Part shown: one piece after another, positions 9,801 to 18,781 of the stretch
How the letters are laid out: every line of letters begins with the position of its first letter
How positions within the stretch are numbered: the stretch's first letter is position 1
Origin: Patescibacteria group bacterium
GTDB lineage: Bacteria; Patescibacteriota; Patescibacteriia; UBA9570
Reading direction: 5' to 3'
Length of the DNA stretch: 64,000 nt
Assembly (NCBI GenBank): GCA_041665365.1
Contig: JBAYIY010000005.1
Location: forward strand, 5,946-69,945
Program-made: the position numbers and the translations under genes
The notes under the pieces: model-generated
What the model was told of the DNA's origin: nothing
The model's database searches: none
What the model saw: the letters and a program-made list of their open reading frames with translations, nothing else

Positions 9801-10580
9801 CTATTTACTCGACTCAACGGATTGATGCCACAACGTATAGAAGATATGTGCCTGATGATTGGCTAATTCTTTATTATGAATCGTAATACCAAATAGTTCT
9901 TGCCCGGGGAAAATGTAGGCTACGTGATCGGCGTAAATTAATTGATCACAGGTAGCACCAAGTTGACGCTGGCTTGATTCTGGAATTATTTCCTGAATAG
10001 TACTGCGCGCGACCGTATATGAACCGGAGGTTTCTAGAATCATTTTCAAGTGTAGATCTTTTTCCTTGCTGCGTAACATGATCTCCTCTAAAAATTCTAG
10101 ATACCGGCCATGCAGCGTGGGTGTATAATCCACCGCCGCGAGCACTAATAAATCGTCACCCTTTTTGGAATAAGTTAAAGCCTCATCCCAAATTTTGGCA
10201 ATCGCTTCCTGTGCGCGGAAATAATGAATCTCCAAATCTTCCGGTACTGACGCATAGAGAACATTTAATTCGCCAATTAGATTAGGCATGTCGGTGGCCA
10301 ACTTATCCAAATTGCGGCGCTCTTGTTCAAACACGGTCAGTAATTTAGCCGGTTTGGCCACTTTGCATTTTTGCCCATAGCTGCGCACATCCATATCCGC
10401 TAGCCCCTTTTGATTCAAGACTTTAAAAATATTGTAACCAGTCATGCGGGATAATCCAGCCCGTTCGGCAATTTGCGGAATCGTGGCTAAACCCAACTCT
10501 AATCCGGCCACATAAAATTTTATATCGTTGTCCGTTAAACCAAGTTGTAAAAGATCTTTCTTAATTTTGCTTGTGATCAT
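9801..10580 (-). CDS. TrmB-family transcriptional regulator
   Basis: N-terminal wHTH typical of TrmB (LGLTDNDIKFYVAGLELGLATIPQIAERAGLSRMTGYNIFKVLNQKGL) followed by a C-terminal effector domain. Confidence 0.65.
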   Translation of the reverse strand: MITSKIKKDLLQLGLTDNDIKFYVAGLELGLATIPQIAERAGLSRMTGYNIFKVLNQKGLADMDVRSYGQKCKVAKPAKLLTVFEQERRNLDKLATDMPNLIGELNVLYASVPEDLEIHYFRAQEAIAKIWDEALTYSKKGDDLLVLAAVDYTPTLHGRYLEFLEEIMLRSKEKDLHLKMILETSGSYTVARSTIQEIIPESSQRQLGATCDQLIYADHVAYIFPGQELFGITIHNKELANHQAHIFYTLWHQSVESSK

Positions 10581-10690
10581 AGGTTATCATGTGCCGTAAC
10601 GTGGTCAAACGTGATTATATTTCTACCTGTGGAAAATGAATAAAATAGCTAGCCTTAGGTTAGCAGATTAACCAAACATGTCAAATCAAC

Positions 10691-12307
10691 TTATACTACA
10701 GTTTTTGTATAACAGTCTTCACAATACACTAACTCTTTTCTATCTGGTGAATAAGTGGTTTCAAATTCGGTTTTACAACCAGTATTCATGCATTGTTTAT
10801 GCCATAATTGATACGGCACACGATGTTTCATACGCTCAATATGTCGGCAGTCTGGGCAAATTTCTGGCCAGGGTATGTTCTGAGTGGCGTAAAACTTCAA
10901 TTCTTGCGGAATTAATTTAAAACTCTTGTGACAGTGTGTGCAATCATAAATTTGTTTAGTCGCATCGGCTTTACCATAAGTGCCAGGCAGCTGATCTTGC
11001 CACATCCAACCGCTAGCGCGCGCTTGCGCTTTGGTTAGCGGAAACATTTCTTGGGCCATCGTCTCATTATACGCATAGGTAGACAGCGCCGGCGAAAAGA
11101 ATTGACCCCACTCGCCGGTTTGTTTCATGTGCTCGATTAATTTATCTTTCAGTGTATTATAATCTGTCTCAGAATACTGTTTATTTAAAATGCAATATTT
11201 TTCATTTTTTAAACCAATACAACCAAAACAATTTTCCGGTCCATTTAAACATTGATCACAGTACAAGTTATTTTGCCCATGCCAAACAATATTACAAAAC
11301 CAATTACCATACGCTTGTCCACCACAAGCATGCGCTTCATAGAGCAGCTCGGCTTCTTCACCGTAAACGGTAAAATCGTAGCAATCTTTCGATTGAAAGA
11401 TGCCAAAACAATACGCACAATGTTCTGAGGTTTTTGTTTGAAAGGAAAATGTTGTAGCCAGATTGCCGACTAAATAATCACCACTACTCATCTCATTGCG
11501 TAAACCACGATAATACTTATACGGTACTGTCAGGGTGAATTCATTAAACTCATCACGCGCTCGGTTAATGCCTGCCCGAGTATCTAATTGATAACTAGCT
11601 AACTTTTTAGCATAGTCTTCCGGGTTATATTGCTGATTAAAAATACAATACGATTTGTTCCGTAAACCCACCGACATAAAACAATTTGAACATCCATTAC
11701 AATCTGTTAAAAAATATGAATCGCGACAATTATTAACATGCCACGAGTAATTGACATTGTAACAATCCTCACTATGCGTGGTTTCGTAACACAGCTCACA
11801 TTTGTGGTTATAACTGCAATCAATTGAATCTTTTACATAGTAGATGCCCAACGAATATAAGGAATTTTCACAATCAGTGGCATCGTACACCATGTAACAA
11901 TTCTTTAATCTATAAACGTGATTACAATAATCACTATTTTCCCCGGTGGCATCATTCATTAAAGCAATGCGCGGTACACGCTGTTTGAGCTCTAACAGTT
12001 GATCAAACAACGGTCGCGTAAAATCAATGTCTTGACCATAATCAAGTGGGTTCCATGTATCACTCCACCAACACGTGCGACAATACACTGTATACTTTTT
12101 ATCCGGTGAATACACAGACAAAGTATTATTACCACACACCGCACACTGGCGTTGATATAAAGTATGTTCATTACGATTCGTTAAACGTAATTGAAACCGA
12201 CACGCCGGACACCGTACCGGCTTAGGTACGCCCAAACGCTTGTAATAAGCCTGATCCGCCTCAGTAATGATGAAACTATGTTGACAGTGCTGACAAGTTG
12301 TTTCCAT
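10691..12307 (-). CDS. Cys-rich double-zinc-ribbon family protein, paralog 3
   Basis: 538 aa. METTCQHCQHSFIITEADQAYYKRLGVPKPVRCPACRFQLRL, central Cys dyads, the FGCIGLKNEKYCILNKQYSETDY...GEWGQFF block, and C-terminal CTHCHKSF...CPDCRH...TTYSPDRKELVYCEDCY. Confidence 0.8.
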   Translation of the reverse strand: METTCQHCQHSFIITEADQAYYKRLGVPKPVRCPACRFQLRLTNRNEHTLYQRQCAVCGNNTLSVYSPDKKYTVYCRTCWWSDTWNPLDYGQDIDFTRPLFDQLLELKQRVPRIALMNDATGENSDYCNHVYRLKNCYMVYDATDCENSLYSLGIYYVKDSIDCSYNHKCELCYETTHSEDCYNVNYSWHVNNCRDSYFLTDCNGCSNCFMSVGLRNKSYCIFNQQYNPEDYAKKLASYQLDTRAGINRARDEFNEFTLTVPYKYYRGLRNEMSSGDYLVGNLATTFSFQTKTSEHCAYCFGIFQSKDCYDFTVYGEEAELLYEAHACGGQAYGNWFCNIVWHGQNNLYCDQCLNGPENCFGCIGLKNEKYCILNKQYSETDYNTLKDKLIEHMKQTGEWGQFFSPALSTYAYNETMAQEMFPLTKAQARASGWMWQDQLPGTYGKADATKQIYDCTHCHKSFKLIPQELKFYATQNIPWPEICPDCRHIERMKHRVPYQLWHKQCMNTGCKTEFETTYSPDRKELVYCEDCYTKTVV

Positions 12308-12314
12308 AAGGTGA

Positions 12315-13877
12315 TTAATATATTAGCTTATTGTAACACCCTTCACAATACACTGTTTCTTTTCTATCTGGTGCATAAGTGGTTTCAAACTCTACCTGAC
12401 ACCCTTTATTCATACATTGACGGTGCCATAAGCGACGCGGATTGCGTAATTTCATTCTATCCAAATGTCGGCACTGCGGACAAAGCTGCGGTACTGGCAA
12501 ATGCCATTGCTGATAATAGGCCAGTTCATTAGCAACTAGGCGATAATTTTTCGCACAGCGCTGACAGGTTGGTAGATTATCAACCTGGTTGTCTAGCTGT
12601 TTTGTGACAGTTTCAGCCATAGGAAAATACTCCTGAGCCACTGTGTCTTGATATGGAAATGGCGACAGTGACAATGGAAAAAATTCTCCCCACTCCCCGT
12701 GTTGTGTCATACCTTGTTTAATTTGTTTTACCAAAGTATTATAATCTGTTTCCGAATAAGACTTATTTAAAATACAATATTGTTGTTTACGTAAACCAAT
12801 GCAACCAAATAAATTCTGGCTGGTAAAACAATGATCACAATAAAACAAATTGGAATTCCCATCCCAACAAATATTTAAACCAAGACTGTTTTTAGTCTGT
12901 AAACTACTATGACATTCGTAAGTTAACTCATTCTCAACTCCACCAATAAATAAATCCCGACTGTCCTTTGTTTGCCGCACATCAAATACATAAGCTGTTT
13001 GCTCCTGGTCAATCACATCAAACCCATAAGTAGTTTGGTAACAATTTTTCATTAAATCACCGGAAGATTGTTCACAATTAATTTGCTCACTGGCTAAATG
13101 CGGTAACGCTATTTCTAGTTTAGCTAGTTGAGCGCGATACTGTGCAATCGTTTCATGTGTCCAATTAACCGCCGCTAAACGTGCTCGGTAGTCAGCTTCA
13201 CTTAATTGTTCATTGAACCAACAAAACTTTTTATTGCGCAAATTAACACAGCCAAAACAATCGCTGCAGTTACGACACGCATATGAAAAATAACAATCCC
13301 GACAATTAACACAGCGTTGTGAAAAAAACACTTGATAACAATCACTGCACTCAACTATTTCGTAACACAATTCACAGCGATACGGCATAATAAAATCCAT
13401 ACAGTCACGCGAGTGAAATGGAAACATACCATACAGACAATTTTCATTATCAATGCCACCGGCTGACAAATATAAATTTTTCCCGGCTACTGCCCACGGC
13501 GCATAATCGCAATTTTCACAATTGCGAGTGGTAATGGCCATGCGCGGCACCACTAATTGTAAAGCCCGAATTTGCTCAAAAAAAGATTGACCCGGTTGAT
13601 ATACCCGACCAAAACTAAGTGGATCCCAAACATCAGACAACCAGCAAGTTTGACAGTATATGGTGTATGGGCTATCTGGTGCATATAATGAAATCACTGC
13701 TTTGCCACATAAGCGGCACTTATCTGCGTACAAACTCCGCTCATTCCGCCACGCCAAGCGCCGCTGTTGCCGACAATCTGGACACAAGGTTGGCTGCGGT
13801 ACAGCCATACGTTGATAAAACTCCAGATCGGCTGGATAAATGGTAAATGTTTGCTGACAATTAGTGCACTTACTCAT
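12315..13877 (-). CDS. Cys-rich double-zinc-ribbon family protein, paralog 4
   Basis: The track start is 13904; I prefer Met10 (MSKCTNCQQTF, ATG 13875-13877) by alignment to the other paralogs. That start lies 2 nt after the RelE stop. Same conserved blocks (FGCIGLRKQQYCILNKSYSETDY...GEWGEFFP...; C-terminal CPQCRH...TTYAPDRKETVYCEGCY). Confidence 0.75.
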   Translation of the reverse strand: MSKCTNCQQTFTIYPADLEFYQRMAVPQPTLCPDCRQQRRLAWRNERSLYADKCRLCGKAVISLYAPDSPYTIYCQTCWLSDVWDPLSFGRVYQPGQSFFEQIRALQLVVPRMAITTRNCENCDYAPWAVAGKNLYLSAGGIDNENCLYGMFPFHSRDCMDFIMPYRCELCYEIVECSDCYQVFFSQRCVNCRDCYFSYACRNCSDCFGCVNLRNKKFCWFNEQLSEADYRARLAAVNWTHETIAQYRAQLAKLEIALPHLASEQINCEQSSGDLMKNCYQTTYGFDVIDQEQTAYVFDVRQTKDSRDLFIGGVENELTYECHSSLQTKNSLGLNICWDGNSNLFYCDHCFTSQNLFGCIGLRKQQYCILNKSYSETDYNTLVKQIKQGMTQHGEWGEFFPLSLSPFPYQDTVAQEYFPMAETVTKQLDNQVDNLPTCQRCAKNYRLVANELAYYQQWHLPVPQLCPQCRHLDRMKLRNPRRLWHRQCMNKGCQVEFETTYAPDRKETVYCEGCYNKLIY

Positions 13878-14139
13878 AAACGTCACGCCGATGTCCAACA
13901 TCAAGAATGATTAATTTAATTGTCGAAAAAGATTCATGACTTAATTGTAAAATCACCCGATAATCACCTACCCGCAAACGATGTGTGGCTGGAGCAAAAT
14001 TATGCAACGGTTTTAAAACCGATATTATATCCGGATGGGTTTTAAGCTGTTTTAGTTTGCTGACAATTCGGCTCTGTTGTACGACATGTAATTTTTTGAA
14101 TCGTTTCTCAGCCCACTGACTAAAAACAAAAGTAACCAT
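13870..14139 (-). CDS. type II toxin, RelE/ParE family
   Basis: 89 aa. C-terminal RVGDYRVILQL...LDVGHRRDVYE matches the RelE/ParE core motif. It lies 3 nt downstream of the antitoxin gene. Confidence 0.8.
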   Translation of the reverse strand: MVTFVFSQWAEKRFKKLHVVQQSRIVSKLKQLKTHPDIISVLKPLHNFAPATHRLRVGDYRVILQLSHESFSTIKLIILDVGHRRDVYE

Positions 14140-14141
14140 GT

Positions 14142-14390
14142 TTAAATGACTAAACTACTAAGACCAGATTTAGCTGATTGTTGATAACGCCGTTGCAATT
14201 TTTCAGCATTTTTATTCATGGCAAAATCTTCTAAATAATCACTAATGGTGTCATCACAACCATCAAAATACGGTAACATAACAATTCTACCTTTGCCGTG
14301 ATTGGTGACAATATAGCTTTTGTCTGCAATGGCAGTAGAAATGGTTCCAATGCGTTGTTGTACTTCAGTTGTAGTAATAATACTAGTCAT
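14142..14390 (-). CDS. type II antitoxin, Phd/YefM-like
   Basis: 82 aa with the Phd/YefM-like pattern (TTTEVQQRIGTISTAIADKSYIVTNHGKGRIVMLPYFDG). Upstream of and tightly coupled to the RelE/ParE gene. Confidence 0.55.
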   Translation of the reverse strand: MTSIITTTEVQQRIGTISTAIADKSYIVTNHGKGRIVMLPYFDGCDDTISDYLEDFAMNKNAEKLQRRYQQSAKSGLSSLVI

Positions 14391-14441
14391 AGTTATATTT
14401 TATTTAATATATATTATCGTATACTATTTCATATATTTATG

Positions 14442-16013
14442 TCAAGCTACTATTCTTTGATAACAGTCTTCACAATACACTAACTCTTTTCTATCTGATG
14501 CATAAGTGGTTTCGAATTCGTTTTTACAACCTTTATTCATGCATTGACGATGCCACAAGGTCATTGGGTTTTGAAATTTGAATCGTTCCGCCAGACGACA
14601 GTTTGGGCACAAGTGTGGTTGGGGTAGACGCATCTTTTGATAAAAAGCTAGCTCTTGGGCAATAATCTTAAATGGGTGGGTACACTGGGTGGTTTTGGTT
14701 TCAGTTAATGGAAAATATGCTTGAGCCAAAGTTTCATTATAAGTATACATGGATAAATCTAATGGAAAAAATTCACCATACGTGTATCTCAGACCTTTGG
14801 TATCAACGTACGGCATGTCGATCATGTGTTGTTTAATTTTTTTGACTAGATCGTGGTAAGCAGATGCAGAATACTGTTTATTTAAAATACAATACTGTTT
14901 TTTTCTGACACCGACACAACCGAAGATATCGGCTGAATTTATGGCTAACAGCGCATATTCTAAATTACGACAATCCGGCCAGCTCATGATACTAAATTTC
15001 ACATTGTAAACATTCTCCCCTACCCCCACACATTCATAGGCTCGCTCCACATTATTACCCCAGGATAAATAATCATAAGAGTCACGTATGGGATTAAGCC
15101 CACTTAACATAATGTATTTGCAATTTTCGGCCTGACTAACTTGATAAGCCTGATAAGTATGTCTAGAATTATCAACATAATCGCCAGACACACTGTCATT
15201 TTTTTTACCATGCATGTATTTTACTGGGTATTGCAACCAATTATTACTCGCTTCAGTTTTGAGCCGGTGTATTTCAGTATTAGATGTAAAGTCTACGCTC
15301 GCTAATTTAGCCAGGTAGGTGTCTTTATCCAGTGGCTGATTAAACCAATAATAATTTTGATTATGCAAATTAGCTGACCCAAAACAATTGGTGCAACCAA
15401 CTAAATTTCGTGAAAAATATATATCACTAGAATCATTACAATCAATCGAGTAAAAGGTGCGATAACATTTTTTTATGTTACTACTCCAATAACACAATTC
15501 CGACTCGTCAACCATGTTGCAATCAAAACAATCTTTAGATTTAGTGATATTATCGCAATAATAAGAATCTTCGACATAATCAGAATGAAACACCAGATAA
15601 CAATTTTTTAAATGACCCACATTCATACAGTAGTCACTATTCTCCAATGTGGGAGTGTCAGAGCATAATGCCATCAAGGGCACGCGCTGCATGAGTTGTT
15701 TAAATTGTGTAAAAAACGGTTTAGAAAAATCATAGTCAGTGCCATATGTCATCGCCTCCCACTGGTCAGACCACCAACAAGTGTTACAGTACACTGTATA
15801 AGGTTTATCTGAGGAATACATTGATAACATTGACTTACCGCATAAATCACACTGGTCTTGATACAACGACCGCATGTTATAAAAACTCAACCGCCGAATT
15901 AACCGACACTGTGGACACCACGTGGGTGGTGGCACAGCCATTTGTTTATAAAAATCTAAATCCATTTGATCAAGCACAAAGCGTTGCTGACAGCGAACAC
16001 ATTGTTTAATCAT
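14442..16013 (-). CDS. Cys-rich double-zinc-ribbon family protein, paralog 5
   Basis: 523 aa. MIKQCVRCQQRFVLDQMDLDFYKQMAVPPPTWCPQCRLIRRL, Cys dyads, FGCVGVRKKQYCILNKQYSASAY, and a C-terminal CPNCR...NPMTLWHRQCMNKGC...TTYASDRKELVYCEDCY. Its start overlaps the stop of the 923-aa gene (ATGA). Confidence 0.8.
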   Translation of the reverse strand: MIKQCVRCQQRFVLDQMDLDFYKQMAVPPPTWCPQCRLIRRLSFYNMRSLYQDQCDLCGKSMLSMYSSDKPYTVYCNTCWWSDQWEAMTYGTDYDFSKPFFTQFKQLMQRVPLMALCSDTPTLENSDYCMNVGHLKNCYLVFHSDYVEDSYYCDNITKSKDCFDCNMVDESELCYWSSNIKKCYRTFYSIDCNDSSDIYFSRNLVGCTNCFGSANLHNQNYYWFNQPLDKDTYLAKLASVDFTSNTEIHRLKTEASNNWLQYPVKYMHGKKNDSVSGDYVDNSRHTYQAYQVSQAENCKYIMLSGLNPIRDSYDYLSWGNNVERAYECVGVGENVYNVKFSIMSWPDCRNLEYALLAINSADIFGCVGVRKKQYCILNKQYSASAYHDLVKKIKQHMIDMPYVDTKGLRYTYGEFFPLDLSMYTYNETLAQAYFPLTETKTTQCTHPFKIIAQELAFYQKMRLPQPHLCPNCRLAERFKFQNPMTLWHRQCMNKGCKNEFETTYASDRKELVYCEDCYQRIVA

Positions 16014-18781
16014 ATATTTTTCAGCTCATTTAGTCTTTTTTTCACTCTTTCATGAACTGATTGAGCCACGGCTGATTTATCTGAATCCATAAAACAACTC
16101 TCTAGTCTGGTTAATATACTAGATTGCGTTACAGCTTCACCAGCCCCAAATACTCGTTTTCTAATGGCAAGATTAATTTCACGTATTACTATTTTTTTTA
16201 ATTCTTGTGCCAGTGCTCTAACTTGATTTGGTAATAATACTAACACCGCTTTTTGAAGATTATCTATTGATCCAGGGATCAATTTCTTTACTTCAGCAGT
16301 TGTAGAGTTATGCTGAAACATTACTACACCTGACCAAAGGGCAGCTCTGTAATCTTCTTGGTAACACAGACGCAGAGACAATTGATCAATTGCCTGTTCA
16401 CCCTGTTGCATGCTAATAAAACCAGGATCATTTGGAATATATTGTTCAGCTAAACGAAATAACTTTGTCTGCCAATCATGTTTGTAATTTATTATATTAT
16501 CAAAATATATATTATCAAAAAGATTAGGATCATCATCTCTCATTTTTTTTAAAGTATCTCTCCACTGATCTAAAGTTGTAATTCTATCTATTTTTTTTGT
16601 TTTAGGTTGGCCTTCTTCATAAACTGTAACTTCTTGTGCTTCAAGTGGTTTGGCAAACTCAAGTAAGGCATTATACTTTGGATCAAATAATTTTTGTAAT
16701 AAAACTTTCCGGTCGGCTTCGGGCATGGCTTCAATAATCGCCTCAAAATCACCCTCGCGTACTATTCTACCCCATTGTTCTACAAATTGATCAGGTGTTA
16801 CGATGCGTTGTAGTACCCGATATATCGCTCCCGGTTCACCGTTTGGTCGGTAATTATAAATTGTCTCTATATATTTTTTAAATTTCTCTGATTCTGGAAC
16901 ATTTGGGTCATCTTCAATAAGACGTTGCCCAATAATAAACACTTTACTATCTACTTCTTTCGCCATCGCATAAAGTCTAGTTGGTTTAAGAATTTTTCGC
17001 CAAACTGCTGCCACAGTTTTTGGTTTAACCCCCTGTCTTTTTTGCCAGGCACGACGTGCTCGTTGAAACGTAGATTCATCTTTCATAGCTTGCGCCTCAC
17101 GTTCTACTAATCCATCATACCATTTCAACCATTGTTCTTGAGTGATATTTGGATGCGCTTCCCATACATCTCTTAATCCAAGTTGACGATCCAGTCGATG
17201 TAGTCTTTGTTCTTTAGTCAAATCATGCTGAAATTCATCACACAGTAACGCTGTATCAGATACAGTTTCCCAAATTTGTAAGCGCATATCTTCAAATATA
17301 GGTCCAGTTAGGGTTTTTAATTTCATAGTTCCAACACGAGCCTCTTTAATTTTTTTAATCTCAGGATCATTTTGCATAACTTCAGGTAAACTATTCCAAG
17401 TAGCAAAAAATACATCTGGAGTACCAGTTTTAAGACGGTGTAGAGTTCTTTCACGTTCGGCAAAGGAGACAACTTTCAACATGGCTTCAAGATCATGGCG
17501 GATTTTGTACCCCGGCATAAACTGCATATACATACCAGCTAACAACACTGGGTGAACTGTTTGCTCAGTGGCCGCTTGTCTAAATTGAGCATCAATAGTG
17601 CGCATGGCAGCATCAGAGATGGCGGTTAATTCCGGCATGGGGGTATCAACCTCAAGTAAGGCTTCAACTCGTTTTTTAAATAGTTGTAGACCTTCATTAT
17701 CTTCTGGAATGGATAAATGTAATGACCGATATAAGGCGAGATGAAACACATTACCAAATACCCCACTGCGAGCGGCGGTTGGCTCGGCATAATCATGGCC
17801 AGGGGTAACGCCGATCATTTGTAAAAACAATAATGGATTAGTAGCTTTAACTTTTTCAGCAGCATTAAGTAAGGCAATAACATCTTCAGAATCACCATGG
17901 GCAAAGTGTAGCGTGGCGCGATAATCAGCCAGTTCAGCTGGAGACATGTCGTCTCGTAATAGCTTACTGTGTTCATCAATCCAAGTAATCAGCGTTTGAT
18001 AAGCCGCGTGATCCGGGGCATGTTCTAAATCATAGGCTAAAGTATCTGATCGACGCCGTAATTCATTGGGTAAAGTACGTGGTGCCCTATCACGCCTGAT
18101 CTCTAATCTGGTTTGCCAATAGTCTTGATGAGTTGCACCATCTAATGGATCAATTTCTCCCACCCATTTAATAGCTTCTTTACCGGGATGAACCGGGGTA
18201 GTGAAATCTAAAATTGGAAAAGTAGGATCTTGGTCATGCACTGCCTGCATCAAACCAAATAATGAAGTGACGCGTTCGGCACCGGCTTCCCCCCTGTATA
18301 GACCAGTTTGAACAGCATCTAAAACATCAATCGTTCTAATCAGTTCCTGTAGATTATAAAATTTTGGGTTTAATTCACCAATTAAATATCCTTGTAAGGT
18401 GCGTAGTTGAGTTTGTTCAGCTGGGTTTAATGGTGCACCATTTCCTGCCGCGCGATAGAGTAATGCTGGATACGATGTATTTACAGCAAAAGCCTCTAAG
18501 CGTGTTTCAATGTCCCCCACTAATACCACTGCATCAGACTTATCCGCTACTCGTCTGGATAAACTCTCTAAGGCTCCATCGTTGGTACCAGTTCTAAAAG
18601 TAACATCTAAAACTTGCTGCGCCGACTTAGGTGGGACAGTTTTGATCTCATCTTTAACTATTTCTACACCAGTATCGGCAGGTTGCAATTTACGACCTGT
18701 ATCCACAGTTCTTGCTTGTTTTCCTCTTCTCCCTCTACCTCGAGTTTCTACAGACATAATTACTCCAACAAGTCTTTCCAA
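16010..18781 (-). CDS. large hypothetical protein (923 aa), Arg-rich N-terminus
   Basis: Long uninterrupted ORF with the same codon usage as its neighbours. Basic N-terminus (RGRGRRGKQARTVDTGRK). Predicted soluble and helical. No motif I recognise. Translationally coupled at both ends. Confidence 0.7.
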   Translation of the reverse strand: MERLVGVIMSVETRGRGRRGKQARTVDTGRKLQPADTGVEIVKDEIKTVPPKSAQQVLDVTFRTGTNDGALESLSRRVADKSDAVVLVGDIETRLEAFAVNTSYPALLYRAAGNGAPLNPAEQTQLRTLQGYLIGELNPKFYNLQELIRTIDVLDAVQTGLYRGEAGAERVTSLFGLMQAVHDQDPTFPILDFTTPVHPGKEAIKWVGEIDPLDGATHQDYWQTRLEIRRDRAPRTLPNELRRRSDTLAYDLEHAPDHAAYQTLITWIDEHSKLLRDDMSPAELADYRATLHFAHGDSEDVIALLNAAEKVKATNPLLFLQMIGVTPGHDYAEPTAARSGVFGNVFHLALYRSLHLSIPEDNEGLQLFKKRVEALLEVDTPMPELTAISDAAMRTIDAQFRQAATEQTVHPVLLAGMYMQFMPGYKIRHDLEAMLKVVSFAERERTLHRLKTGTPDVFFATWNSLPEVMQNDPEIKKIKEARVGTMKLKTLTGPIFEDMRLQIWETVSDTALLCDEFQHDLTKEQRLHRLDRQLGLRDVWEAHPNITQEQWLKWYDGLVEREAQAMKDESTFQRARRAWQKRQGVKPKTVAAVWRKILKPTRLYAMAKEVDSKVFIIGQRLIEDDPNVPESEKFKKYIETIYNYRPNGEPGAIYRVLQRIVTPDQFVEQWGRIVREGDFEAIIEAMPEADRKVLLQKLFDPKYNALLEFAKPLEAQEVTVYEEGQPKTKKIDRITTLDQWRDTLKKMRDDDPNLFDNIYFDNIINYKHDWQTKLFRLAEQYIPNDPGFISMQQGEQAIDQLSLRLCYQEDYRAALWSGVVMFQHNSTTAEVKKLIPGSIDNLQKAVLVLLPNQVRALAQELKKIVIREINLAIRKRVFGAGEAVTQSSILTRLESCFMDSDKSAVAQSVHERVKKRLNELKNI

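Noticed and set aside
6458-16013. Considered whether the repeated Cys-rich genes could be a CRISPR-like array, an IS or transposase array, or a radical-SAM/RiPP cluster
   Set aside because: No short repeat/spacer structure, no DDE or HUH transposase motifs, and no terminal inverted repeats. No CxxxCxxC radical-SAM motif and no precursor-peptide-like small ORFs. The copies are full-length, ~530-aa protein genes.
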